A program made the translations under genes and the position numbers. Shown here piece by piece: positions 12,501-24,959 of a stretch of DNA of 64,000 bases; position 1 is the stretch's first letter; each line of letters begins with the position of its first letter. Source of the DNA: Antedon mediterranea (Eukaryota; Animalia; Echinodermata); contig NC_092671.1 in assembly GCF_964355755.1 (NCBI RefSeq), positions 24,626,070 through 24,690,069 on the forward strand. Reading direction: 5' to 3'. Under the pieces are notes generated by a model. It was not told where the DNA came from. It worked only from the letters and a program-made list of their open reading frames with translations, and ran no database searches.

Positions 12501-15500
12501 CGATAAAAACAATTCAATTTGTTTTTGTATTTGTTATACATATATTCATCAATATCCAGTGGGAAAACCATATCCCATAAGAATTTCTTATAGAAAAAAA
12601 ACAGATTTTTTGAATTAATAAAAAACAGGAAATCCAAAATATTAATAAAGTCGCATGATTTTTTTTACTCCCAATCGTAGACCAACCCTTTGCCCACCAC
12701 ACACAACAAAATTATTACAAAATTATCTCATTTAGTATTTTTTAGCAACTTAGTAAAATATAACCTGTTTTCTTAAATGCATATTATGCACCGTAAAAGG
12801 GTTAAAATTCCTTTTTTTTAAACGTACATACTGTATACAAAACTCCATATTTTGATTTTATTTATTATTTTATTGATTTAGGATTTTCACTGCCATTTGA
12901 CAACAAGTGAAGTTGTTGGTTACCTAGCTGGTAAATGGAATAACCAAACACAACGTAAGTATATTATAGTATATAGTTCCATAAACAACATGAAAGTTGA
13001 GATATACAGGAATATGGTATCTTTAGTAAACAGTACAAAGTCTTGAAATAGAGTATAACAAAAACAGGCCTACAGAAAAAGGTTCCTTTTGTAAGACTTA
13101 GTAAAAGCCAACTTTTTATTACAGTACATGGACCAAAATTATGGCGTAACTGTAATAAAAATCCAAAACAATGTGAAAATGCCAAAATATTCAGACATCG
13201 AATTAAGTTTTTGAAATGTTGTTTAAAACCTTCCCGGTACAATTGCGGTAATTTTGATACCCCTTATGTATAACAAACAAACATCGAAAGTGGGGAAAAG
13301 TGGACCTTTTTTGACAACATTTTGACCCCTAACTTTGATTCTAGATGGCAGATGATGATCAAATTAGAACTTTCCTGGTACAATTGTGGTCATGTTGATA
13401 CCCAATATGTAAGGTTATGTTCAGCAACAAAAATTTGTATAATGAACAAACAAATGCACAAACAAACAAATGTACAAACATAAACTCTCTAACTTATAAT
13501 ATAGATTTATATTTCATTATCAAGAATCAATTAGTGAATTATAAATGACTGTCATTATTTTGACCACAGTATGTCATGAATTAATTTGAATTTACCGGTT
13601 ACAAGGTATGTTGAATGCATTTGCCGTTATCTGCAATTCATTTGCTGCAAAGGAATTTCAACTTATGCCAATTGAAATGTATTGGATTTCATTCAAGTCA
13701 ATTGCAATTCATAGCAATTAATAGGTAAAAACGGCTGTCCACAGTATTCATGTGATACTCTTCTACATATTTGTGTTTTTCAGATATGACAGTAGTACAG
13801 GCATTTCCATGTAAATGTAAATTGGATGATAAGGAAAATGCGGGACTAATAGAAACTATGGTGAGGATGTTTCACTTTCATTTAAAATACACAGTGCGTA
13901 TGTGATGGCCAGTGTGTTACATAAAATACACAGTGCGTATGTGATGGCCAGTGTGTTACATAAAATTAACATGGTATAAAAATATCATGTGACATACATT
14001 TTAAAATCATGCTCTGACTGAAAATTAAATTTGTAGTACTAGAAGGTGAGCGAGCAAAGTACACGGAGTACTACAAAGTGTAGATGATGGTGCACCCTCT
14101 ACAGGGGTCCCAAGTCTACCGCTACTCGCGGTAGTCTACCGCTTTTAGTACCCATCTACCGCGCTACCGCTATCTTGACGTTTTCTACCGCATTTTGATT
14201 TTTTTACCGCATTTTCAAATTTCCCCATATTTTTGGCCAAATTGATTTACGGATACACCCAGGCTCAGCCCAGGTCAACAATAGTCAATACAAAAGTGAG
14301 GCAGGATGTTGAAACAATGTCTATTCATGCAGTCTCCGTGGTCTATTAGGCCTATTGTATTTTTATTTGTATGCACTGCCTTTGTTAAACCGTAAAAAAA
14401 AAGAAGCGTGCAACCAACCGTGAATCAATCACGTGGTAACCGGAATACGCGATTATCAATTTTGGGAGGATCCAAGTTTTAACTAAATAAACGCTTTGAT
14501 TACACAGTGGTTGAGACACGTTTTTAATAGTTATTACATTTTTAAACACCCTCATAATTAATGGACTCTACCAATGTTGATCCGCTGCAAAGAACAACAG
14601 ATCGCACATCGCACGAGGTTGTAGAGGCGGTGTTTTATTTGGTTTTACTGTACGATCCAATAATACGAACATGTTAAAATGATTTAAAAGGCATATGGAT
14701 TCGCCAAGCAAGTAGGCCTACGTTTGATAAAAATTTACCTAAGATTGCCGTAAGCTCTTGTGTTCAAACTTTTATTTATTTAGCAGTAATCCACCCGTTC
14801 CGGCATGCACGCTAGGCCTCTATTCTATTCTAGCCTAAGCCTACTCCTCGATCGATCGATGTCGAGATGGTGGGGAATTTCCCAGCGATAAGAAATCGGC
14901 GAAATAGCTCATAAACGGCCTACATTTTAATGTTATATCTTTAATGCCAGTGTAATTACGTATGGATAAAACAATATAAAACTCAATGTTTTTCATCTGA
15001 AATAATATGTTAACTCGCGTAAATGTAGCATAAGACGGATTCGGAATAGTTTATTTCGATTGTTTTTGGGTTTTAAAATGGTAGCTAGCTAGGGCCTAGT
15101 AGAAGCCCTATGCTAGGCCTAGGCCTGTGCCTAAAAGCTAAAAAAATGAGTAAATTCTATTGAGCAATACTATCATGTGTAAATATTGTACATTATGTAA
15201 TTAAGTTAAATTATTTTATATACTGAATTTTAGTTAAAATACAGTATATATTTTTTAAATTCTTTGTACTGAGGATGTGTCCATAAAAAAAATAAGAATG
15301 TAAAAATAATGATGGATAAACCTACTGTATGTAAAAATTAAACCAACTTATGTGTAAATATTGTATATACTGTATATGTAACATATTTAGTTAATTAGGA
15401 GACGTAAACGACACGCGTGTTGATTTTCGATTCCCCGCGCGTTGACTTTCGACGCCCCGACGAATTGAATGTGGTTCACGACAAAATCTCCTGCGAATGG

Positions 15501-18500
15501 ACTTTCCCAAGTTGGGACCTCTGCCTCTATCAAATTCAATCAATCATTTTTACCTGGGAAAGTAGTATTATTAGCTATAATGGTGCAAAAACATCCTCCA
15601 TACACCCACCCCATAGGGCAATATCATGTTCATAGAGCGTGGTTCCCACTAGAAAGCAACTTAACGCAGCAATGTATCAACGCAAAGTCTTAACCACTCA
15701 GCCACTCGACAATAAACAATGTAGCAATTTAATTTATCTTTTCAGATTCAACGTGATATATCTTTGCGAGGTCTTTCTTTGATTGGATGGTATCACAGTC
15801 ATCCTATCGCTGCAGTAGAACCCTCAGTACATGACATAAATTGTCAGATGCAATATCAGCTTAAATTAAAGGGAGATGGAGCATCTTACCAGCCTTGTTT
15901 GGGTGTTATCTGTGGTATGATGATTTATTCTTGTAATTTGTCAGTAAAAATGCTTTTGTATTTTTATTTTTTTTTTGTATTTTGTATTAATATTTGTCCT
16001 CAGTGAGGAAATTCGGATTAGGCCCTCCACGGACCCACGGCAGCCAGCAGTGCAGCGCCTACCAGATTAGTCAATGAGAGTAAAGCATCTTGCCTAAAGA
16101 TGCAATTAGTATGGTACAGATAACCTCGAACCCATGCCTATCACATGCTTGTCCGATATTACCATTACACCATCACTCTCCAGTATATACAGCACCCGCC
16201 ACGATTTCTAGACGGTCTCCCATCCAGAACGCAACCGGGCCCAACGTTGCTTAACTTCGGTGATCTGACGAGAACCGGTGTTTCAACGCAGTATGTATAA
16301 CTATGCAGTGGTAATTTCATTTATAGTTGTAGTTTATCCAGGCTGGATTCTGGATGAGAAATCTACTTAATTATTTACTTCTAGCTGATAAAATTAGCCT
16401 TGACATTTAATTAGTTAATTATGTATTACATACATCCAGTATTAGTTAAAAAGACAATAGTAGGGAGGTTTCGCAACGCTACGAATACGATAACGAAAAC
16501 CGGATACGTCACGCACACGTATTTGTTTTCGTAAGCCAGTAAAAATCTGTTTCGCATGGAAACAAATATTTAGGGCGTCGTCCAAAATATGACTGCGGTA
16601 AAATTGAGCGAAGCGCAGGTCGACCATACAGTCGACCATTCTATTCTGTGTAAAAAAATTAGAAGCAATGGGGGTTGGGTTGGTAGAATGGTTCCAGTCT
16701 TATTTATCTAATAGAAGACAGACCCAAACTTTGTACACATGGAGTTCCACAAGGTAGCATATTAGGTCCGCTTCTGTTTATATGTTACATTAATGATATG
16801 TCAATATGCATTGAAAATGACTGTAAATTGTTATTATATGCTGATGATAGCGCAATGTTGGTGGCCCATCGTGACCCAGTATATATTTCCAATAAACTAG
16901 GGCATAATATTGAAAATAAATTATTTATGCACCCACAAAAAACGGAGTGCATCATTTTTTAATCCAAAAAGAAATTTAAAAATATTGAACAATTTGAAGT
17001 CCTCTATAATGGACAGACCATCCATAGTTGCAATTCCATAAAATACCTTGGTCTACAAATAGATAATTGTGTGTCTAATGAAGAATATGTTAACAAAATA
17101 ATTAAAAAAGCAAATTCCAGATTAAAGTTCATGTACAGACAGGCTAGCTGTTTGGACATGTAAAGTCGTAAGCTGTTATGCACGGCGTTAATCCAAAGTA
17201 TTTTTGATTATGCTGTCTCGTCCTTGTATTGTGGTATCAGTACTGTCCTGAAAAATAAACTACAAGTAACACAAAACAAAATTGTGAGATTTATTCTCGA
17301 TCTCGCCCCTAGGGCACATGTTGGTCAGGCCGAACTTGCCGTTACTGGATACCTGAAAATAAGCGATAGGGTTAAGTATATTAGACTAATCCACGCTTTC
17401 AAAATATACCACGATATTGAAGCTCCTTATCTTAATGAACATTTTACAAAGATTTCTGATCGGCACACTCATAGTACAAGGAAATCCAATGTAAACTTTG
17501 TGATTTCAAATATTAAAGGCCAAGCCTCTAAAACATTTTATTATAATGCTATTAAAGACTGGAATGATCTACCTTCCGATATTAAGAGTATACACAAATT
17601 AATTGAATATAAACGTGCGTTAAAGGTTCACATTATTGTGCATTAACCATGCTGATGATTGTATTTTGTATAGGGATGTTTCTATTTATTGTATTAGTAT
17701 GCATTTATAATGTACACATTATTATCTAACTTGCTTGTTTAATGGACCCCATTGGAATTAAGCTGTTTCAGCTTTATGGGTCATCCTGGTATTTTTGTTG
17801 TGTTTCTTGAGTACCGATTAAAACAAACAAACAAACAAAGGTACGTGTTGCTTGGCTGCCTAGGCCTAGCATAATGTCAAAGCGAGGGAGGACTTTAACA
17901 ACTGCTAATTATCAAAATTTACCTGGCATTTCAGTAAATTACTTTAGTAAATTACTTTCAATACATTTTTAATTATATTATAATCATGAATAATTCCTGA
18001 TTCAAATGCAAAATGTGCAAAATAGATCAAAAACTATACTCGTTTTGTAGTTACGAATATGACTGATGATATTCGTAAACACAAAAACGCTTTACGAATA
18101 TGAAATGGGGATCAGCTCAAAAGTGTCACAAATGTGTGACGTAACCGTTTTCGTTATCGTATTCGTAAGGTTGCGAAACCTCCCTAATATAAATTTTTGG
18201 TCATTTTTCCATTGTGCAATGAAGTTCAATGTTTTTTTTTTATCTCATACCGTATATATAAACATTTTTATTTTTTCATTGTTTTAAATTGTAGTAGTTG
18301 TCAGTATATTTTGTATGTTACAGGGGTTGTGAACACAAATGTTTATCTGGGGCCCTCTATGGCCTGACACAACCGCTTGACCGCTTACATAAGCGGGTTC
18401 AAATAATTGAGTAGCCTGAGAATAATGTGATGCATTTGATGCAGGGTTTCCTCACTTAAATTATAAATGTGTTTTTTATTATTATTCACTTTTATTTCAA

Positions 18501-21500
18501 ATATCAAAAATATCAAAAATTGACCAAAATTACAACTCGTGGCTAAGAGCCAAATTGCGTGTAAAATACATGTCATAGCAAAAAATATATATATATAAAA
18601 AATATAAAATAAAAAACAACAAAAAACAACAAAGAAGGGGAGAGCAATCGCAAGCTCGCAGGGGAGAAAATGAAGAATTTAATAATTTGATGAAGTAGGG
18701 TATAGGGCTATTAGTAAATCTGGATGTTTTAGACGCTAGCTGGGTAATTTTGTTTTTATTTCTTAAAATCCTACCATGACAGCTATGTCTGGTCGGTGGG
18801 ATTAAATCAGCTGTTTGTTTAATTTTGGGGAGATACTCAGCGAACTTGCGACAATGCTCCACCCTTCTTTGAGCCAAAGTCTCTAATTTAAGAAATTCAA
18901 GGGCACCAGAGTTTGTTTGTGTATATAGTCTGGAAGAATAGGTATATTTTTTATCACAGAAAGTGGCATTCCTTTGTGTATTTCTAATTGAAACACCAAG
19001 CATCACAGTAAGCACTGTCCACAACACAAGAAGATAATTACGAGAGTACATGGTCTTTTTTTTTCTTTTGTGGTAACTCGTAATTGCACTTTAAAGAAAT
19101 ATTACTTTTTAATGTATTTGTAGGACCTTACCGAGATAACTCCAGAACATCTGATGTCAAAGCATTCTACGTCATGCCATCAGTAGAGGTATGTACCTTG
19201 CTTTTATTTTTCTAAATAAAAAAACCTGATAACTTACTTTAGTATGGAGGAATCTTAAAGGACCACATTTAGTTTGAGTCAATTTTAAATTATAAATTTA
19301 ATTATCAATTTAACAATTATTATTGCCTGTCCATACATCGATGTTCATTTTAATACAGTGTACTGCTTTAGTTTTCCGAGGCTGAATTGTTATGCTTCCA
19401 AATACTTCTCAACATTTTTAACCAACAATGAGAGAAAGATAAGATCAAGTGAAAACATAGTTGTACCTTGATTCTGGAAAATAAAATGTGGACACATTGG
19501 ACAGTTTTATGTCACTACTGTTTTTTTTAATTATTTTTGTCATAAACCGCTATACAATTTTGTATTTAATTGAATAACTACTGTACATTTACTTCTAATA
19601 TGAGGCTTGCAGAAACATCCAAATTGAAATAGTAGTTTTCTCTATTCCGTCTATGATATATTTACAGTTCAGATGACATTTTTATGCTAGTTTAATTACA
19701 ATTATCTTATAATGAAAGGAAAGAAGCCTTGATCTGGGAATGCCAATGAACATGAGAACCAGCTCACAGCAAGATGTCTTTCTTACTCAAGATGTCTTGC
19801 AAGAAATGGTAAGGTCATTCAAGTAATAAGAGAAAAGTCAGTTAAACAAATATCAAATGGAATTGCAAAGTTTGCTGATGCAAACTTTTATGGACAAATG
19901 AAAGAGTGTTTTTTTAAACCGAGGAAAGTAAAATTGGGTAGTACTATTTAAAACCAACACTCGTATTACAGATTAGGGCTGTACTAAATAAATAAAAATA
20001 ATAAAATAATTAACTGGTGTTTTTGCAAGGGAAGGTGATCATAAGGCCATAAAAAATGTTTATAAAAATATTCTTGCTGGGAATCGAATTCATTCAATTC
20101 AAATAGACAGTTATTTCTCTTTCTTTTCGAATACAAAAAGCAATTAACAAAAGAGAGATAGTGGTGATGGGATAAAAAAAAAGATTAATCTAGTATTTAA
20201 TAAATGATGTGTTGTGTCAGATTAATAACCTGACAAACTGTACTATAACTTTGTGTAGAGGTGTTGAAAACAATAAAATCTGCTTTCAATATATATTATA
20301 CACTTAATGCTTTTTTCTTTTTTTTTCTTCTAGAAAATTTTGGCAGCATTCTACAGAGAGGGAAGTGATTCCGTGTCATTTAGTGATATTTGGCATTTAA
20401 ATACAACATATCTCCACAAATTTACGGTATTGAAAATATATAGTGCAAACTAATTTACAATTATGAAAAAAAAACACAATAAAATCCTCAATAAAACTCA
20501 CTTTTTGGTAATTGCTACTTATAAATTGGTAAAGATATAGACAGATACTGTATTTACATTTGTATAGTATAGAAATGAGTGTGTTTGCTCTTTTGTTTGT
20601 TTTTTGAGGGTTTTTTTTGTCTATAATTAAATATTATAGTCAGCATTAATATTATAGTCAGCATTAATATTATAGTCAGCATTAATATTATAGTCAGCAT
20701 TAATATTATAGTCAGCATTAATATTATAGTCTGCATTAATATTATAGTCAGCATTAATATTATAGTCCGCATTAATATTATAGTCAGCATTAATATTATA
20801 GTCCGCATTAATATTATAGTCGGCATTAATATTATAGTCGGCATTAATATTATAGTCCGCATTAATATTATAGTCCGCATTAATATTATAGTCCGCATTA
20901 ATATTATAGTCAGCATTAATATTATAGTCAGCATTAATATTATAGTCAGCATTAATATTATAGTCAGCATTAATATTATAGTCAGCATTAATATTATAGT
21001 CAGCATTAATATTATAGTCGGCATTAATATTATAGTCGGCATTAATATTATAGTCGGCATTAATATTATAGTCGGCATTAAAATTATAGTCAGCATTAAT
21101 ATTATAGTCCGCATTAATATTATAGTCCGCATTAATATTATAGTCCGCATTAATATTATAGTCCGCATTAATATTATAGTCCGCATTAATATTATAGTCA
21201 GCATTAATATTATAGTCAGCATTAATATTATAGTCAGCATTAATATTATAGTCAGCATTAATATTATAGTCAGCATTAATATTATAGTCAGCATTAATAT
21301 TATAGTCAGCATTAATATTATAGTCAGCATTAATATTATAGTCAGCATTAATATTATAGTCAGCATTAATATTATAGTCAGCATTAATATTATAGTCCGC
21401 ATTAATATTATAGTCCGCATTAATATTATAGTCCGCATTAATATTATAGTCAGCATTAATATTATAGTCAGCATTAATATTATAGTCAGCATTAATATTA

Positions 21501-23807
21501 TAGTCAGCATTAATATTATAGTCCGCATTAATATTATAGTCAGCATTAATATTATAGTCAGCATTAATATTATAGTCAGCATTAATATTATAGCCAGCAT
21601 TAATATTATAGCCAGCATTAATATTATAGCCAGCATTAATATTATAGTCAGCATTAATATTATAGTCCGCATTAATATTATAGTCCGCATTAATATTATA
21701 GTCAGCATTAATATTATAGTCCGCATTAATATTACTAGATGGTACGCTCGCTTCGCTCGCGTACCATCTAGGTCGTGCCCACAGATGGTTCTCGAATACA
21801 TAATGATTTCAGCGTTAAAAAACTGGCGATTTCAAATGTACAATAATGCAGGACAATAATACATGTCGTTTACAGGAACGAATAAATAGACACTGTGATT
21901 TATGTACTCAACTAAAATTAGCACCCTGGGAATTACTTCCGAAAGAGAAATTTGTCACAAAATGAGACCAATTGTTTTAAAAGTCAGATTTATACAAACT
22001 TATTTTGTGTTTTGTATGTAACATTATGGTTGAGGGATGGGGAAGAGGATGGGTGCAAAGAGGAACAATTTTTAAATATATTCTTTATTTTGTAACGAAA
22101 TATTTATTGTTTTCATGTTTTACAAATAATATACCACTAAACACAGTAAAACATTGCGATGTAATACTTTGTTGAAACTATCACCGTCGTAGTCGATTGA
22201 AATAGTACAGTACATGTAACGATACACTATGACGTATGTTTATATATAATGTTAAACAATCTGTGAAAACCACCTCTATTCAGGGAAAATCATAAATTCT
22301 ATTTAATCGTCAATAAATATTAAATTATCTAACTCAACTTAATTAGTAGGCCTAATGGTTTTCAATTGTTTCTTAGAGCCAATTCATAATTAAGTTGGTT
22401 CCTACCCTACCCACCAAAGTTGTTCTGCGTTTAGGGCATGTGATGCACCGTATAGGCTTATCTTCTACTGGCTTTACAACGCTACTCATGCCAGTGAGGG
22501 AAGGGTGATGATGTGGGTGGTTTAAATGCAATAATAAAGATTTGTAAATAATATACGGCGACTGAAAACGCTAGCTCATTATCCGTTAAAAAAAAATAAT
22601 ATCCAACCTCTGCAGAACAGATTGGAAAAAAAATGGATCGAATTTATGTTATAAGTATACAGTACTTGCCTTTACGATGCCTGAGGGAATAGACACTTGT
22701 GTAACAGAGATTGGAATGTTCCATTCATCGCAAATCAATACATTTATATAAACGTATATTAAATCTATCAAAATAGTATTTTTTAAAGAAAATCGGCCTG
22801 TCTTCAACATTATGATGCTGTACTCGAGCTGTTCAACCGGTTTTCAGCCATTAAAAACAATTATCGTAGGAGGAGATAGGAAAATGCGAAGCATCCTCGT
22901 ATTATTGTCTTCGGGTATTTTTCAAGACGGACATCCATTAGACAGTGTATACCACGATCGAAAAACACCCCTATTTGGGGCAAATCGTTGAACCTAAATT
23001 CGTTTTAATTGTCAATAACTAATTATCTAACTCAATTTAATTAGTAAACAGGGTTACATCAGGTGGTTAAAATCAGTACCGAGATTCTAACCAACTTTAT
23101 ATACGATCGAGTAAACATTCTAGAAATAACGCTCGATTTACCGAATTTTGCCCTTACGTAAATTTATATATAGATAGTCAGCATTAATATTATAGTCAGC
23201 ATTAATATTATAGTCAGCATTAATATTATAGTCAGCATTAATATTATAGTCAGCATTAATATTATAGTCCGCATTAATATTATAGTCCGCATTAATATTA
23301 TAGTCAGCATTAATATTATAGTCAGCATTAATATTATAGTCAGCATTAATATTATAGTCAGCATTAATATTATAGTCAGCATTAATATTATAGTCAGCAT
23401 TAATATTATAGTCAGCATTAATATTATAGTCAGCATTAATATTATAGTCAGCATTAATATTATAGTCAGCATTAATATTATAGTCAGCATTAATATTATA
23501 GTCAGCATTAACAATAGCATGTTATCTTATACTGTAATTGTTATTAAACCTCTATTTTGTCTTTCAACTCCTTGTTTATGTGGACTATGAACATTAATAA
23601 TAAATTATTTATTGGATTTCAGAATACTCTAAATATATATATATATTTTTTTTTAACTACCTATTTTTATGTTGTAAGCTTTCAATATTTATTAAACACT
23701 TAACAGAATGTATTTTTTTATTATTATAGGCATCCTTGATGGATAAGCTACCTCAGGATAATTCGGATGGTCGACTATTAAAATACATCATATCTTTAGT
23801 CACATAG
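6511..23807 (+). CDS. MPND: MPN domain-containing protein (RAMA domain + JAMM/MPN+ metalloprotease). Exons: 6511-6514 (tentative), 7541-7716, 8025-8171, 10436-10528, 11136-11287, 11468-11520, 11617-11698, 11817-11913, 12882-12954, 13784-13860, 15746-15914, 19124-19188, 19719-19808, 20334-20426, 23730-23807
   Basis: GT-AG exons join in frame; RAMA motif FNSPSAWAIHVKKLVNPDKKSGCGWASVKYNGKKL; MPN motifs DFHCHLTTSEVVGYLAGKW and GWYHSHP...PSVHD; C-terminal QDVFLTQDVLQEM. The start exon is the least certain part. Confidence 0.92.
8411..9975. mobile_element. Non-autonomous Helentron/HINE (DINE-1-like) element(s), apparently nested or internally duplicated
   Basis: Sub-terminal inverted CCTCCGCC / GGCGGAGG, terminal hairpins CCTCCTTGGCGGAGG and TACTTGGCAAAA..TTTTGCCAAGTA, (ACAA/ACAG)n tracts, internal duplication ~8620-8900 vs ~9460-9735. 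Confidence 0.6.
10244..10338. repeat. 40-bp tandem repeat, ~2.4 copies
   Basis: CACCAACTAATGACTGAATGCAGACCAAGGCTCTTATTAC repeated. Confidence 0.85.
12012..12801. mobile_element. piggyBac-type MITE
   Basis: TTAA|CCCTTTCACTGCAT ... ATGCACCGTAAAAGGG|TTAA: TTAA target duplication, CCC..GGG ends, imperfect TIR. Confidence 0.7.
14102..15523. mobile_element. Non-autonomous hAT-like DNA transposon with 6-bp TSD
   Basis: TIRs CAGGGGTCCCAA / TTGGGACCTCTG; CCTCTA directly flanks both ends; sub-terminal CTACCGC repeats. Confidence 0.75.
16050..16180 (-). mobile_element. Degenerate tRNA-derived SINE remnant
   Basis: Minus-strand A-box-like TGGTGTAATGG, B-box-like GGTTCGAG and a TAGGCAAGATGCTTTAC core. 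Confidence 0.45.
16189..16295 (-). pseudogene. 5S rRNA-derived sequence (pseudogene or SINE3 head)
   Basis: Minus strand CATAC...AAACACCGGTTCTCGTCAGATCACCGAAGTTAAGCAAC...TGGATGGGAGACCG...GGGTGCTGT with box A and box C; diverged, 5' end missing. Confidence 0.8.
16463..18184. mobile_element. TIR element (PIF/Harbinger-like MITE) hosting a LINE insertion
   Basis: GGGAGGTTTCGCAACGCTACGAATACGATAACGAAAAC ... GTTTTCGTTATCGTATTCGTAAGGTTGCGAAACCTCCC, TA on both flanks. Confidence 0.75.
16640..17838 (+). mobile_element. 5'-truncated, decayed non-LTR retrotransposon (CR1/L2-group) 3' end
   Basis: RT motifs GVPQGSILGPLLFICYINDM (16741-16800) and LYADDS, KYLG, C-terminal ORF 17224-17646, internal stops, (AAAC)n tail. 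Confidence 0.88.
18480..18908 (-). mobile_element. 3' fragment of a second non-LTR retrotransposon
   Basis: ALEFLKLETLAQRRVEHCRKFA...KTSRFTNSPIPYFIKLLN resembles the C-terminus of L2/Crack-type ORF2. Confidence 0.65.
20627..23510. repeat. 18-bp minisatellite ATTAATATTATAGTC(A/C/G)GC: ~61 copies (20627-21734) and ~19 copies (23175-23510), split by a Helitron
   Basis: Tandem units visible, with variants in blocks; lies in the last MPND intron. Confidence 0.97.
21735..23174 (-). mobile_element. Non-autonomous Helitron
   Basis: Minus strand starts TC (A|TCTATATATAAA) and ends with hairpin CTAGATGGTACGCGAGCGAAGCGAGCGTACCATCTAG|T; inserted between A and T with no TSD; removing it restores an exact minisatellite unit. 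Confidence 0.92.
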
Positions 23808-24364
23808 TTGCAGCTGATGTCATCATCAACCTTTGCTCAATACCATTCCAGGTTACTCAGAATGTTATTTCAAATATATTCCAACTTTATACTTGCCTTG
23901 CTTTAAATTACTACATAAAAAATATAGAGATGTATGTTTGAGTGATGTTTGAGAGAGCTTATTTACAGTACTACATTGAGAAGTGAGAGTTTGAGATTTG
24001 TAGTTAGTAAATCCAGCTTAACTTTAAAATAAAATAATTATTAAATAACAATAATTAATTATAATAATAATATACTATTTATAAACACAATTCAACTTGA
24101 TGAACATTGGACATAAAAGTTATAATAATTATATTTATTTTTCTGATTATGTACATTTTAAGGACACCTTACCTTTTATTTTAAAATATAATCCACATTG
24201 ATTGTTTTTGTGGGAAGCAGAACAAGTATAAACAAATATGCTATTAAATTTGTCTTATTGTTAAAATTGTTAATGTTGTTGATTTTTGTTTACTAGCTAC
24301 AGATAAAGAACATTTTACACTGTTTAAAATTGATACTTGCAGTGGTTAAATCATTCTAGAAAAC

Positions 24365-24554
24365 CAGTGGCAGATTCATACCGAGCATGGACACATCCTA
24401 TGTACGCCCTGTAATCTTATTTTATTTTTACAATAACATTCTGAATGTTAGATATGTATATATTATTGTTAGTATTAGTGTTGATACATTATATTCATTT
24501 GTAACCTACACTTCCTTTTTTTTCTTCTATGCAAACTTTCTTGATCTGCCACTG
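24365..24554. mobile_element. Possible small MITE
   Basis: 11-bp TIR CAGTGGCAGAT / ATCTGCCACTG; flanks match only 5 of 8 bases. Confidence 0.4.
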
Positions 24555-24886
24555 CACAAAATAGTCATATTTTTTAGAGAAAAATTATGCAAATAATGAA
24601 TGTAAATAGTATATTGATGAAATATGCATTAATGCTGACCACAGCCATACAGATAAGGCAAAGCTGCTGTGTGGCACCTTGTGAATAACGTGTTTGTGTA
24701 TAATGTTTCTTTACAAGAGTTGGATCACTTAGGTAAGCAGGTGATTCATTGTATCGAAATTTACCTTTTTTAAGAAAAAAAAAATTAGTAAAACTATAAT
24801 ACACATTTTCCTCCCGAAAATATATATATATATAGATATAATTTGAAACGATAGAGATAAGGAAATCTGTGAGAATGAGAAAAAGT

Positions 24887-24959
24887 CACCCCAACCAAGA
24901 CTCGAACCCGGAACATTCTGCTTGATATGCAGATGTCCTAACCATTAGACCACTGGGGC
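24887..24959 (-). pseudogene. Third, degenerate copy of the ATC tRNA-like element
   Basis: Same sequence and 3' flank as 4327-4398, next to (TA)n; mismatches in T and acceptor stems. Confidence 0.8.

Noticed and set aside
12990-13507. Possible second Helitron (TC-type end near 13506)
   Set aside because: No hairpin-CTAG end could be located.
20554-23520. 415-aa and 118-aa (LTIILM)n ORFs
   Set aside because: Stop-free frames of the 18-bp minisatellite inside an intron.
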